Shown here: positions 1-10,149 of the stretch, piece after piece | How the letters are laid out: the number at the start of each line of letters is the position of its first letter | How positions within the stretch are numbered: the stretch's first letter is position 1 | Assembly (NCBI GenBank): GCA_043228905.1 | Contig: JBHGNT010000001.1 | Span: 27,466,001 to 27,530,000 of the forward strand | DNA from: Azolla caroliniana | Taxonomy: Eukaryota; Plantae; Polypodiophyta | DNA length: 64,000 nt | Direction: 5' to 3' | Translations under genes and position numbers: made by a program | The notes under the pieces: model-generated | Told to the model about the DNA's origin: nothing | The model's input: only the letters and a program-made list of their open reading frames with translations | The model's database searches: none

Positions 1-29
1 TCGCTCGGCTCCTAGAGTGGGAACAAGGT

Positions 30-1016
30 TTGGTGGGGGCGGACAAGGTCCTATTGTTCGTCAGGTCGATCGACCAAGCGGAACGGGAATCCATCGGGAT
101 TGAGCTCGAAGACGATGATGGAGCGAATGGGCTTACGGAGGACTGGTCGAAGGTCGGAAGGGTGTGCCAATGGCTAGACAACGAGCGAGCCGAGAAGGCT
201 AAGAGGAAGGTACGTGACGGCGTGCCATCACAGCAGGAAGAGGCCGAACGGCAGAGAGAGTCGGCAAGGGTCGGCGTTGGGGCCAGGATTGCGGAGGCGT
301 ACGCAGCTCTCGAGGCGATGCTCGAGGAAGAGGAAAGACGGAGGCCGCAAGCCGAGACTGAGAAGACGGACTTGCCCCACGCGATGGCGGAAGATCGGTA
401 CCACGGTACCACGGGAGAGGGTGCGGAACGAAACGCCCTCTCGACTTGTGGAGATAGAACGGCCAAGGACGAGGCTGAGATACAGATCGCGGAACCGGAA
501 CGTTGGGACCAGCGGTTTCGGGCGTGTCAGCCCGAGATCCCGGTCATTGGAGAAGCAAGCCCAGACGGGGCTTGCGCGATCGGTAAGAAGACGACCGCCG
601 ACCACGAAGAGTCGGTGGCTACGGACAAGGGCGTAAAACGGACGGGCGATTCTTTGTGTCTTCCCACACTTACTCCCGAGACGATGGCAGTCGGGCTCGA
701 CTGCCCACGTGAGTCCCATGCGGAGGAAGGCGGCAGAGAAGGGCCAAAAATTACCGGCGAGACGATACGGGAAAGGAGCGGACGAAAGCCCACGAACCCA
801 ATTCCGGAGAACTCGGCATTCGGGCCCGTATGCCCATGTAAGACCGAGGAGATGGATGGCGGTACCGAGGAGTCCTGGCACGATGCCAGTGAAGAAGGAT
901 GGGAAACGGCCTGCGAGGAGGCCGAGGAAGGAAACGACACGAGAAGATCGGCATTCCGATTCGTATGGAGCAGAATCCGGTCGTGGATCGTTCGATCGGG
1001 GCCGGATTCGGCATGA
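30..1016 (+). CDS. gag-like ORF of element A (C-terminal part; frame open from the window edge)
   Basis: 328-aa ORF. The N-terminal block DKVLLFVRSID...IELEDDDGANGLTEDWSKV resembles the end of a retrotransposon capsid domain and is followed by an acidic low-complexity tail. Position in the element fits gag. Confidence 0.5.
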   Translation: MVGADKVLLFVRSIDQAERESIGIELEDDDGANGLTEDWSKVGRVCQWLDNERAEKAKRKVRDGVPSQQEEAERQRESARVGVGARIAEAYAALEAMLEEEERRRPQAETEKTDLPHAMAEDRYHGTTGEGAERNALSTCGDRTAKDEAEIQIAEPERWDQRFRACQPEIPVIGEASPDGACAIGKKTTADHEESVATDKGVKRTGDSLCLPTLTPETMAVGLDCPRESHAEEGGREGPKITGETIRERSGRKPTNPIPENSAFGPVCPCKTEEMDGGTEESWHDASEEGWETACEEAEEGNDTRRSAFRFVWSRIRSWIVRSGPDSA

Positions 1017-1428
1017 AGGTGCCGATACGGGAGAGGGTGCGGGACGAGCCGCCCTCTTTTACATGGGGAGAAAGACCAACCGGGCGAAGGTCGAGAGAAA
1101 GAAAGAGAATGAAAGCCGGTCCTATGGGATTCCTTACACCGATCCGGCTGCAGTTCGGCCGACGTGGCAACGTGGGTCATATAAGAGAGATCGGTGGCGA
1201 CAGGAGAACGGGACTCGGCAATCCAGAGAAGGACGAACGGACCCGGACGAGAACCGGGTGGAGCGGACTCCCGGATGACCATTCCGGGAGGGAGGAAGAG
1301 AGCAGGCGTACGAAGAGGCCGAGGAGACGGTACGTCGGTACCACGGGAGAGGGTGTGAAACAAAACGCCCTCTCGGCATGCGGAAAAGGACGACCCGGGA
1401 CAGGGTCGAGAAGGCGATGAACGCCCAA

Positions 1429-2015
1429 GGAGGATCCTTCACACCGGTTCTAGAGACTGCGGCAGTCGGCAACGCGGTCGACGTAAGACCAAGATACTGA
1501 CGGTGGCGGCGAGGTGACGAAGGCAAAAGGGGTACGGATGGGCGGTCGGTGGAGGATCCTTCACACGGGTTCTAGAGACTTCGGCAGTCGGCAACGCGGT
1601 CGACGTAAGACCAAGATACTGACGGTGGTGGCGAGGTGACGAAGGCAAAGGGGGTACGGATGGGCGGTCAGCGGAGGATCCTTCACACCGGTTCTAGAGA
1701 CTTCGGCAGTCGGCAACGTGGTCGACGTAAGACCAAGATACTGACGGTGGCGGCGAGGTGACGAAGGCAAAAGGGGTACGGATGGGCGGTCGGCGGAGGA
1801 TCCTTCACACCGGTTCTAGAGACTTCGGCAGTCGGCAACGCAGTCTACGTAAGACCAAGATACTGACGGTGGCGGCGAGGTGACGAAGGCAAAGGGGGTA
1901 CGGATGGGCAGTTGGCGGAGGATCCTTCACACCGGTTCTAGAGACTTCGGCAGTCGGCAACGCGGTCGACGTAAGACCAAGATACTGACGATGGCGGCGA
2001 GGTGACGAAGGCAAG
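1429..2015. repeat. 122-bp tandem repeat, ~4.8 near-identical copies
   Basis: GGAGGATCCTTCACAC.GGTTCTAGAGACT recurs at 1429, 1551, 1673, 1795 and 1917 (exact period 122). Confidence 0.97.
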
Positions 2016-3473
2016 GGCTATGGCAAGGAGGTATCAGGCCGGCGAAGCGGCCACGAACCAAATCGGACCTTCCGGCAAGGTCAGTGGGCGTAAGGAAGTC
2101 CGGTCCTACGGGATCCCCACACCGGTTCCGGACACCCCGGCTGTTCGGCCAACGTTGCAACGTAAGACCGAGGGAGAAGGAAGGTGGCAGCGGGAAACGG
2201 GACCCGACTACGCGGAAGACACGAGGAGAGTCCGGGAGGGACTCAAACAAAAGACACCCGAATTACGACAAGCATAGAAACGGAGTCCGGTCCTATGGGA
2301 CCCTCACACCGATCCGGAGACTCCGGCAGTTCGGCCAACGTGGCGACGTGAGACCGAGAGAGAAGGTTGGTGGCGGCAGGGAACGGGACCCGACAACACA
2401 GAGGTTTCAGAAGAAGCCGATAGGGCAAACACGGGGAGGTATGACAGGCTGGAAAGGCACACCTTGGACGGAATAAGAGTCTCGCAAGTGGCCATCGCGC
2501 GCCGGATCAAAGCGTGACTACGGGACAGTGTTCGGCACGGGCGGTGCCGAGCGAAGGAAGCGGAAGATGGCACAAGGGAGGTGCCGGGAACGAGGTGGCA
2601 AGTGCCTAGTGGACTACACAGGGTCGGAGTCAGGGGATGGCAAGACAGGCCGGAGGAGGATCCTCCACACTCGCTTCGTAGATCTCGGTAGCTCCGTCGA
2701 AGGAGCGAAGACTGACGCGGCAAGCCGGGATGACAAGCTGGTGGGGGCGAGGGGACGACGGCAAACGAAAGACTCAGGACTTGTTGCAGCAGCACGAAGA
2801 CGAGAAGGGCCAAGCGGGCTACTACGGGGTGTTCCTCGGATGCAAAGGACACTGGTATGCGGGTGAGCGGCGATGCACGATCTGGCCAGAAAGAGTGCGA
2901 CACAGGCGGTGCCAATCAACGGGCGAGGGTATATGGCACACGTAGGTGCCGGAGCGGAAAGGCTAGCGCGGAGATAGGTTGCGCGGTTCGGAGGTATCGC
3001 GGAGAAGGCCGGAAAGGGATCCTCCACACCGTTCCGGAGACCATGACGGTTCGAGCCGACGCGGCGATGTAAGACCATGGAGAAGGAAGGTGGCGGCGAG
3101 AGGACGAGGGCAACGCGAAACGACATGGGACGGCAATAAGGACGACGCGAATGATCAACGGAGGCCAAGCGGGCCACTACGGGCTTTCCTCGAACGGAGG
3201 ACATCGATCATACGGCGGGAAGCGGGGCATTCATACGGCCGAACAAGGGCCAACGGAAGTACGTGTACTACGGAGATCGCGACAAAGGACCCATCGACGG
3301 GTCGAACGAGCCTACGGGGAGGCGAGCGCGAAGGAAGACTGGAAGCCGACGGGTCGAACCGGCAGTGAGTCGGGATGTGGATCACGGAAGACCGGTTTCT
3401 CACCGGCCGAAATCTCTCACCCTTCAACCGGATTTGGCACATACCGGAGGACATGCAGTTAAGTGGGGGCGGA

Positions 3474-4072
3474 TGTCGTGAAGAATTTCGGCCTGAGGCG
3501 GAAACCGGGGAACATTGGCTACATCGGCGGGGTGCAGCGTGTGTACGCACCCGTGTACATTTAGTGTGAATATCGAGGGCGCCTTTATGGTGCCGAAGAT
3601 TAGTCAAGTCGGGACAGACGATCCCATGTAAGTCGGGATTTGTCCCACATTGTAACGCATCTCTTTCCTTGTTCTATAAAAGGAAGGGAACGCCCTTTGT
3701 GTAAGGGTTGCCCATTTTGCAATAGAGGGTATACCGTTAGGTTTAGAGTTAGGTTCTTCTTCTTCTCCTTCTGCGTGTTTCGCTTAGGGTTTGCTTGGTT
3801 CGGCCTCCTGTGCAAGACCCCGCTCGGCGCGACGAGCTGAGAGCTCCCCGACGGCGGCTTGACAACAAACGACTACTGTAACCTACGTCAGTCCGGCTCG
3901 ACGCCGGGAATGTATTCTTCCCTTCATATATATATATATATATATATATATACGTTTGTCTGTGTATATTCGGGCCGTTGTTGGCGTCGGGTGCTTACCC
4001 TTTCCTGCGTTTTCTGTACATAAGGCGTGATTCGGGTTGTGCGTGTGTGTGTGCGTGAGTCGGTGTTAAGCA

Positions 4073-4110
<38 letters not shown>

Positions 4111-4240
4111 TCGGTTGCTTCCGGTGTGTCTCTGGGATGCCCCAGAAACAGTGAAGCACGACTTCCTACGCTCCATCACTCTCTAGTCCATGACCCCCGT
4201 GGTCCCGCCTTTCTCCACGCACGCGCGTAACAACGCGACA
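3474..4240 (+). repeat. 3' LTR of element A (~767 bp)
   Basis: TG...CA ends with a 6/7 inverted match (TGTCGTG / CGCGACA), PPT immediately upstream, TATA-like TATAAA at ~3675, internal (AT)n ~3926-3952 and (CT)n ~4075-4107. Candidate TSD ACGTC at 4241-4245. Confidence 0.8.
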
Positions 4241-4242
4241 AC

Positions 4243-5437
4243 GTCATCGAAGATTTCTTGATAAACTTCGCTCGTCGAGGGAATAAATGGAACGCAATCA
4301 ACCAACTTTTCGCCCTCAAGCAAGAAGCGAACGAGACAGTCAAGGACTACATACGCTGCACGAAAAGCCTGCACCATCGTTGTAGCCCGAGCGACAAGAT
4401 GACGGATGACAAATTGATGAGCCCCTTCATAAATGGGTTGTTCGATCCAACACTCCAAAAATTCTTGATTGCCAGGATGTGTCGGTCGTTCGCTGAAGGT
4501 TGCACGGTAGTGATGACCTTCGAGGATTCGATAAGCAAGTTATAGATACCCACTCAAGCGCTTACGAACAACCGTGAGAAGCCCTCAGACCCCGCTCTAC
4601 CCACTCTACCCATTCCACCGAGACCACCCAGTATAGAAAGACCCCAAGCATCCGCCCAAAGAGAAAATGTAAGGTGTACAGTATGCCATGGCCATCACAC
4701 GGGGCACGAGCCCCCTCCTCCACCAACGACGGCCGCAATACTGTAAGTGGTGCAAAGCTTTCGTGATGCATTCTCAAGAGAACTGCTAGCAAGCCCCAAA
4801 CGAAAGGTATAGCCAAACACCAATGGTAGAGCACCCACGCTCACCTCCACCGTTTAGCCTCCCACAACTACTAGCAATACTTCCCCAACAACCCCCACTA
4901 CCGTGTATTGGCACTCACCTCACTGAACTAGAATATACCACCGATAACCAAATTCAGGTTAGGGGGGGCACCCCCGAATATGAAGCATACCGGGGGTATG
5001 GTGTTGAAGAAGAGGTGCTTTCCCACTTTGTCGACTTCGAAGGCGACCAAATACTAGTCTACGTCTTGAGAGGAGAACAATAGGGGCCGTCGATGGGATA
5101 TCGCAACAATAGTGGTCTAAGGAGGTCAGAATTGAAATGTTTCAATTGCCAAGGCCCGCACATGGTTAGCGAGTGCCCAACCAAACATGAATACTACAAC
5201 CGGATGGCACAACGACCACGACACCCCTCACTCGAAACACCCCCACAACCACCGGTGCAAAGTCTCGCCCAACAGTCCCAGAACCTTATCGAGTGGTTCC
5301 AAAGAGAAGCATCATGCCTAGGGTGTGGTAAAGATCACTTAATACCCGATTGCCCAGAAGAAAAGAAAAGGATTGGCGCAAATATGTTATCTATCGTACC
5401 ATCAACGGGTGGCGCCAACGTCATCACACGAGCTTAA
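4243..5437 (+). pseudogene. retrotransposon gag remnant (capsid plus two CCHC zinc knuckles)
   Basis: LFALKQEANETVKDYIR (gag major-homology-like Q..ETV.DY), FINGL, and knuckles CFNCQGPHMVSEC and CLGCGKDHLIPDC. Broken by stops and frameshifts. Confidence 0.85.
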
Positions 5438-6129
5438 AGAGTAGCTCATAACTTTAAGTGTCACGACCAAGGCCTCCCCACGACTACGTGTAAGAGACGA
5501 AAATCCAAAAAAAAAGCATCCAGCAAGCCTCAAAGCAAGAACAAGAACCGGAGGGAGACGTAGAAACAATGCCCGTCAACCCTAACCAAGAGATGTCGGC
5601 ACACGTAGCAACATACCCTAACCCAGTGGCTGAAAAACAAAAGGTCGAAGAGTACATCAAACTCATCCGACACGAATAGTGTGAAAGATCGCTTAGTCTC
5701 CCGAGCCTAAACTTCGACCAACTCGAAGAATGGGTAAATCCTCCACCCCAACACACGGGTACACCCCCCTCTTCGTAACACCAACTTACACTTCCATCTC
5801 CCAATCTACCCCAATCAAAGAAGTCAACACAATCCTGCTCCAACAAATATTAAATTTAAAATTACAACTCACATTACACAAAGTACAGAGCTACACCGGC
5901 ACGTTCGTGACTGACAACCCCCAACTACAACCTATACTCGCCAAGGAAATAGAGTTCACACTTAAAGAGCTGCTCAAACTTGACATCCGACCATGGCACG
6001 ACGTCATTCGACGCCTCAATGGAGGCCTGTCAACGGGTTATGGAGAAAATATGCACACACTCATCCCTCATATGACCACAGTCTCCAAACAACCCGAAGG
6101 AACGCCGATCGATATATGTGAAGCTCACT

Positions 6130-6435
6130 TCGAGAGCGATGACACTAGTTTCACTCTCCCCATCTACGTCAACGGCACGACGTGTGACACGATCATCAAC
6201 ACTGGAGCGGCGGTAAGCATAGTTAGCTACGAAGGTTGGTGTAAGTGGGGGAGCCCAAAAATGTTTCATTCGGATGTCAAACTCCGAATGGCAGATGGGT
6301 CTATCCAACGGCCATAAGGCATGATCCCTACACACCACTTCACTATCCATGGGGTCGAGTTCAATCTCACCTTTGTCGTCACAAGATCATCCAATCATGT
6401 GGCTTACGAGTGTTTACTAGGGAGACCATTCCTAC
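6130..6435 (+). pseudogene. retropepsin-type aspartic protease remnant
   Basis: IYVNGTTCDTIINTGAAVSIVS (catalytic DTG mutated to NTG), LRMADGS, and the C-terminal motif LLGRPFL. In-frame stop at 6315-6317. Confidence 0.85.
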
Positions 6436-6476
6436 ACGTAGGAATGGTCTCCCTAGTAAACACTCGTAAGCCACAT
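6397..6476. repeat. perfect palindrome, 39-bp arms, 2-nt spacer
   Basis: ATGTGGCTTACGAGTGTTTACTAGGGAGACCATTCCTAC-ac-GTAGGAATGGTCTCCCTAGTAAACACTCGTAAGCCACAT. The ORF track shows nearly the same peptide on both strands here. Confidence 0.98.
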
Positions 6477-7807
6477 CAACACAAAGATATCCGCGCCATG
6501 CAAATGGGTGAACGTCCATGTGATTTTCGCCGAAGGACCATGCCGCGGAGAACGTGCTATTTGGCGAGTCTGAAAAGAACTCACAAATGCCCAGGGTTGG
6601 CACAAAGGTGCCACTCACTTCTGGGTCCCGAAACGAAGCCGACTCCCCAACCGTGACCATATCACGATTACACGGGACACCCGACAACCACACACATCGA
6701 CCAAATACCCCGCCTAGGTTAAGGCCATAAACCTCGTCCGGACTCAGTGACTAGGAAGTCGGAGTACACATAGAACTACCTCACAAGTGTGGGTGTGTAA
6801 AGGCATTCAAAAGCCTTCCATCAACACTTGAACTACACACCCCTCACCCCTCACCCCCACCACCTCATCCACACCCCAACACCCCTAACTTGCCCAAACT
6901 CTCACAAAACCCTCAATGGATCCCCGTCCAACCTTACCGTCCCCACACAAATCTTAGTTCACCCCACACTCTTGTAAATCTGCCTCCTACCTTATGCCAT
7001 CCCGATCATCAACCACTCGACCTGTCTTCCCCCTCAGCCTCTATTACCGCGCCTGATAGACAATAAACCCCCCTTCGGTCTACGTATTAGTATTTCCGAT
7101 CTTCACGTTACCCTTTATTTTTTAGGGGCACCATGGGCGATCATTTTTACTTGCGGTCATTCTATTTTTGGTTCAACTCATTCTTTTTCGTATTACGTCA
7201 CATGTGAGTCATGATTTCTCTTTCTCGTTTCTTTTGTTTTTGGTAGTCTCGGTTTGTCTTTTGCTTTTCTTTTGTTTTTATTTTATTTTTTTGATTGATT
7301 GTTTTTTGTGCTTTTTCTTTCATTTTGTTTTGTTGTTTTCTTCTCCCCACCTCTTTCTCCCTCACAACCCTTTCTTTTCTCCCTCCTTTCCCCTCACGCT
7401 CCCTGCCTTCGTTTAGGACCATTCACTTTCCTCCTCTCCCTCTGCACGTCGCTTCTAGCCATGGCTCACGAATATTTCTCCCCCCCCTCTGTGTTACACC
7501 GAACCCCTCTGGTTTTGCTCTCTCCCTCATTTTCTCCTTCATCAGTCTCCTTCCTGCCTCCCGAGCATCGTTGCTCGCCACTGCCTCCGCCTGTCGCGCA
7601 CTCCCTCGGGTAGGTCTAAAATTTGTGTTTTTCTCTCCTCTCTCTCCACTATCTCACTCGACCCCTCCCAGCGCAGCCTGTTGCCTACGAATTTACCCAC
7701 CTCCTATGGAAGCCACGACGGCTCCAACACCTTTCTGTCGTCCTCTCGCCGCAGACAGTCCCTTAGGACTACTCCACTCGCAAGCTCGTTACCCCCACAG
7801 TCCCCTC

Positions 7808-8143
7808 GTCGAACCACCCCTGGTTCGACAAGTGAACTGTTTCCCTCCCAGTTCATGCACAAGTTTGATGAGAGACGCTCTTCGAATTGTGCACCCCCAG
7901 TTCCAAGAGTACGACTCTTTGAACCGTGCACAGGTTCGAAGAGTACGACTCCTCGAACCGTGCACAGGTTTGAAGAGAGACGCTCTTCGAACCACACACA
8001 GGTTCAAAGAGAGGTGCTCTTCGAACCACGCACCCCTGGTTCGAAGAGCGAGACTCTTCGAACCCCTTACACCTGGTTCGAAGAGTGAGGCCCCTCAAAC
8101 ACCCCACTCTTGGTTCTTTGAAGAGCTAGACACTCTTCGAACC
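7808..8143. repeat. array of short inverted-repeat (hairpin) units, period 34-37 bp
   Basis: CTCTTCGAACC-N7-10-GGTTCGAAGAG units at 7878, 7915, 7949, 7983, 8017 and 8054, degenerate units at 7808, 8091 and 8133, 5-nt linkers. Confidence 0.92.
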
Positions 8144-8518
8144 ACGTGCCAAAAAATAAAATACGATACAATAAAATAATATCTAAATAACACTATTCCT
8201 CAATCACCTCCTCCTATTTTCAAAATAATAATAATAATAATAATAGAATAACATAGAAATAAAATAAATAAAAAAGAAAAAAAAGAAAAAATTTTAATGC
8301 AAAAAAGAAAAGAAAATAATAATTATATATATATATATAATAAAATAAATAAACATATAAATGAATAAATAAATAGATAACTAGATAACTAAGCCTACAT
8401 CAATAGATTAATAAAATATCGCTAGCAGTGCCAACACGTCAACACAAGTAAGGGGGTGTAAGAGTTGGTACACTCCCATACGCCTTGTACTAATCTTTGT
8501 CCTAGCAGGTCATAACCG

Positions 8519-9269
8519 ATGGCGTCCACCCCATTCACCAAGCTCCTCCACGCGTACTACCCCGACGCTAGTTGTGGCTCCCTGGTCATTCAAGCCGAGT
8601 TCAACAACACCCGATGTACCTACTGGGTAACCACGGCCACCATGCAACTCAAGTACCTCGAGCCTGATGTTTTTGAGACACTTTCACGTCTAGGCCTCAA
8701 GTTCTTCCTCGAGATTGGGCCTTGGGGGGTACTTCTCGAGCTGGTCGACTGGTTCCTCACAGGATACAATCTCGAGACCGGTCATGTTCGCATGCACGCC
8801 TTTGCGGATTCGCCCCTTGTCAAGTTCTAGTTCAACGTCGCCGATGTTTGCACTACACTACATTGCCCGTGGACGGAATTTCCTTTCGCACCACAAGGTC
8901 CCCCAACATCGCCCCCAACATCATCCCCATCGTCTACATCGAGTATTTTGAATGTGAGGGTTGGCATTTGATTTAAATAAAGGCCCCACTTGTCATCAAC
9001 TAGTCAGCCTCTGGACTCGTGTCAACGTGCTCCCCACCATCTACAAATGGGATTTTGAAACCATGATCGATACACGCTTCTTTCCCGCTTACATAAGTCT
9101 TGATCGAAACCCCCCTTCTCCCTTCGCCGGCTACAACACCTCCACCTGGATAGTTGGCCCTAAGAAGGACTTCTTCACAGCGATCGATCAAATGCAAGAA
9201 ATCCGCTTACCACCCCTCAACATCCGACGTCTTCGCCACCATCTTCGCCACCGACCAAACCCCCGATGA
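8519..9269 (+). pseudogene. extra 3' ORF of element B (Athila ORF / plant-transposon-protein-like), disrupted
   Basis: Coding-like reading LSRLGLKFFLEIGPWGVLLELVDWFLTGYN...F*FNVADVCTTLHCP, continuing in shifted frames to 9269. Lies just upstream of the PPT and is preceded by a branch point/acceptor TACTAATCTTTGTCCTAGCAG (8488-8508). The family call is from resemblance only. Confidence 0.55.
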
Positions 9270-9359
9270 ACCCCCCTACTCCATCCTTCTCGCCCCCAAC
9301 GCTCCAAGCTCCCTTCCCACAGTGCACCCGGGAGTGTGCAATCATTAGGTTGGGGGGGA

Positions 9360-9938
9360 TGTTAAGTGCTTGGATTGCACCACAATAGTCATGAAGAAGA
9401 GTGCATCAACGAGGACGTAGTATGTGTTGAAGGACCTACGAAGAGGAAACGACAAGAGGAAAAGAGGCTAAGGGACGTCCAAGTGTGAAAGGTCAATATC
9501 CTAAACGTGAATGCTATATAAACCACATAGTGGTGGCTTTGTAAGGGTTCTCCCATTTGTAAAGATCTCCCTATTGATTAAGAGCTAGAGCTTCCTCTCC
9601 TCCTTGTAACCTTTAAGCTTAAGAGAGATTAGTGAAGTGTTTAGTTAGAGAACACTAATCTCTCTTCCTTGTTGGAGCTAGACCTCTTAGTAAAGAGGGT
9701 TAATAACATATTCATTACTCTTATTGTCTATATTTATTGCCCTATTGTCTATGAGGGCGAGCTTGAGAGAGCGAGAGAGATATCATGCTTAATCATCTAT
9801 TAATCATTAAGTGAGTGTAAGGCTCGGAGGTGTCCGACAACCATCTTTGCCCTATTCGCCATCAAAAGGGTATACGCCGGTTCGAACTCCGCAAACGACA
9901 TCGAGGGGCTAACTCCATCGATACATAGATCCCACACA
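9360..9938 (+). repeat. LTR of element B (right boundary approximate)
   Basis: Starts with TG right after the G-rich PPT, TATATAAA at ~9516, CT-rich R-like region, ends ...CCCACACA just before a PBS. Confidence 0.65.
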
Positions 9939-9944
9939 TCTATT

Positions 9945-9962
9945 TGGCGCCATTGTCGGGGA
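9945..9962 (+). other. primer-binding site, tRNA-Asp type (Athila-like)
   Basis: TGGCGCCATTGTCGGGGA versus the Athila-type PBS TGGCGCCGTTGCCGGGGA (complement of the plant tRNA-Asp 3' end): 16/18 match, both differences are transitions. Confidence 0.75.
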
Positions 9963-10149
9963 TATGACCGACGCTTGAAGACGATTTCGAGTGGTCAAAC
10001 ACTCATAGGCAACCCACTTAACAAGGGAAGAAATCGAAAGGAAACCACTATTTTCTGTTTTTTCGTCGAAGAGTTTGATAAGGGAAGCATCCTTTGACGA
10101 AAGATCAACCATCAGTCCAACCATCAGATCTATCCTGAAACGGCATTAT

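Larger units (their letters stand above)
1..4240 (+). mobile_element. LTR retroelement A, 3' part; apparently non-autonomous (gag-like ORF plus repeat-rich internal region, no pol seen)
   Basis: GC-rich internal region, polypurine tract AAGTGGGGGCGGA (3461-3473) directly followed by an LTR starting TGTCGTG (3474) and ending CGCGACA (4240). No RT/RNaseH/integrase core motifs in any frame. The 5' end lies outside the window. Confidence 0.75.
4241..9938 (+). mobile_element. Ty3/gypsy (Athila-like, non-chromoviral) LTR element B, decayed, RT/RH/INT missing, interrupted by element A
   Basis: Order is gag, zinc knuckles, aspartic protease, long non-coding region, extra 3' ORF, PPT (AGGTTGGGGGGGA, ~9347-9359), then an LTR starting TGTTAAG at 9360. 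Confidence 0.75.

Noticed and set aside
214-3607. Many overlapping 60-280-aa ORFs on both strands
   Set aside because: Expected by-product of GC-rich repetitive sequence. The repeated MPSSPR.. peptides simply mirror the 122-bp repeat.
7930-8085. GGTTCGAA as tRNA T-loop or Pol III B-box (tRNA/SINE genes)
   Set aside because: No A-box or cloverleaf, and the B-box terminal CC is missing. The motif is one arm of the inverted repeat.
7808-8143. CRISPR array interpretation of the hairpin array
   Set aside because: Variable segments are only 5-10 nt, there are no cas genes, and the context is a plant retrotransposon.
7295-8179. 294-aa ORF
   Set aside because: Runs through pyrimidine-rich low-complexity sequence and the hairpin repeats, which are poor in stop codons. 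No domain is recognisable.
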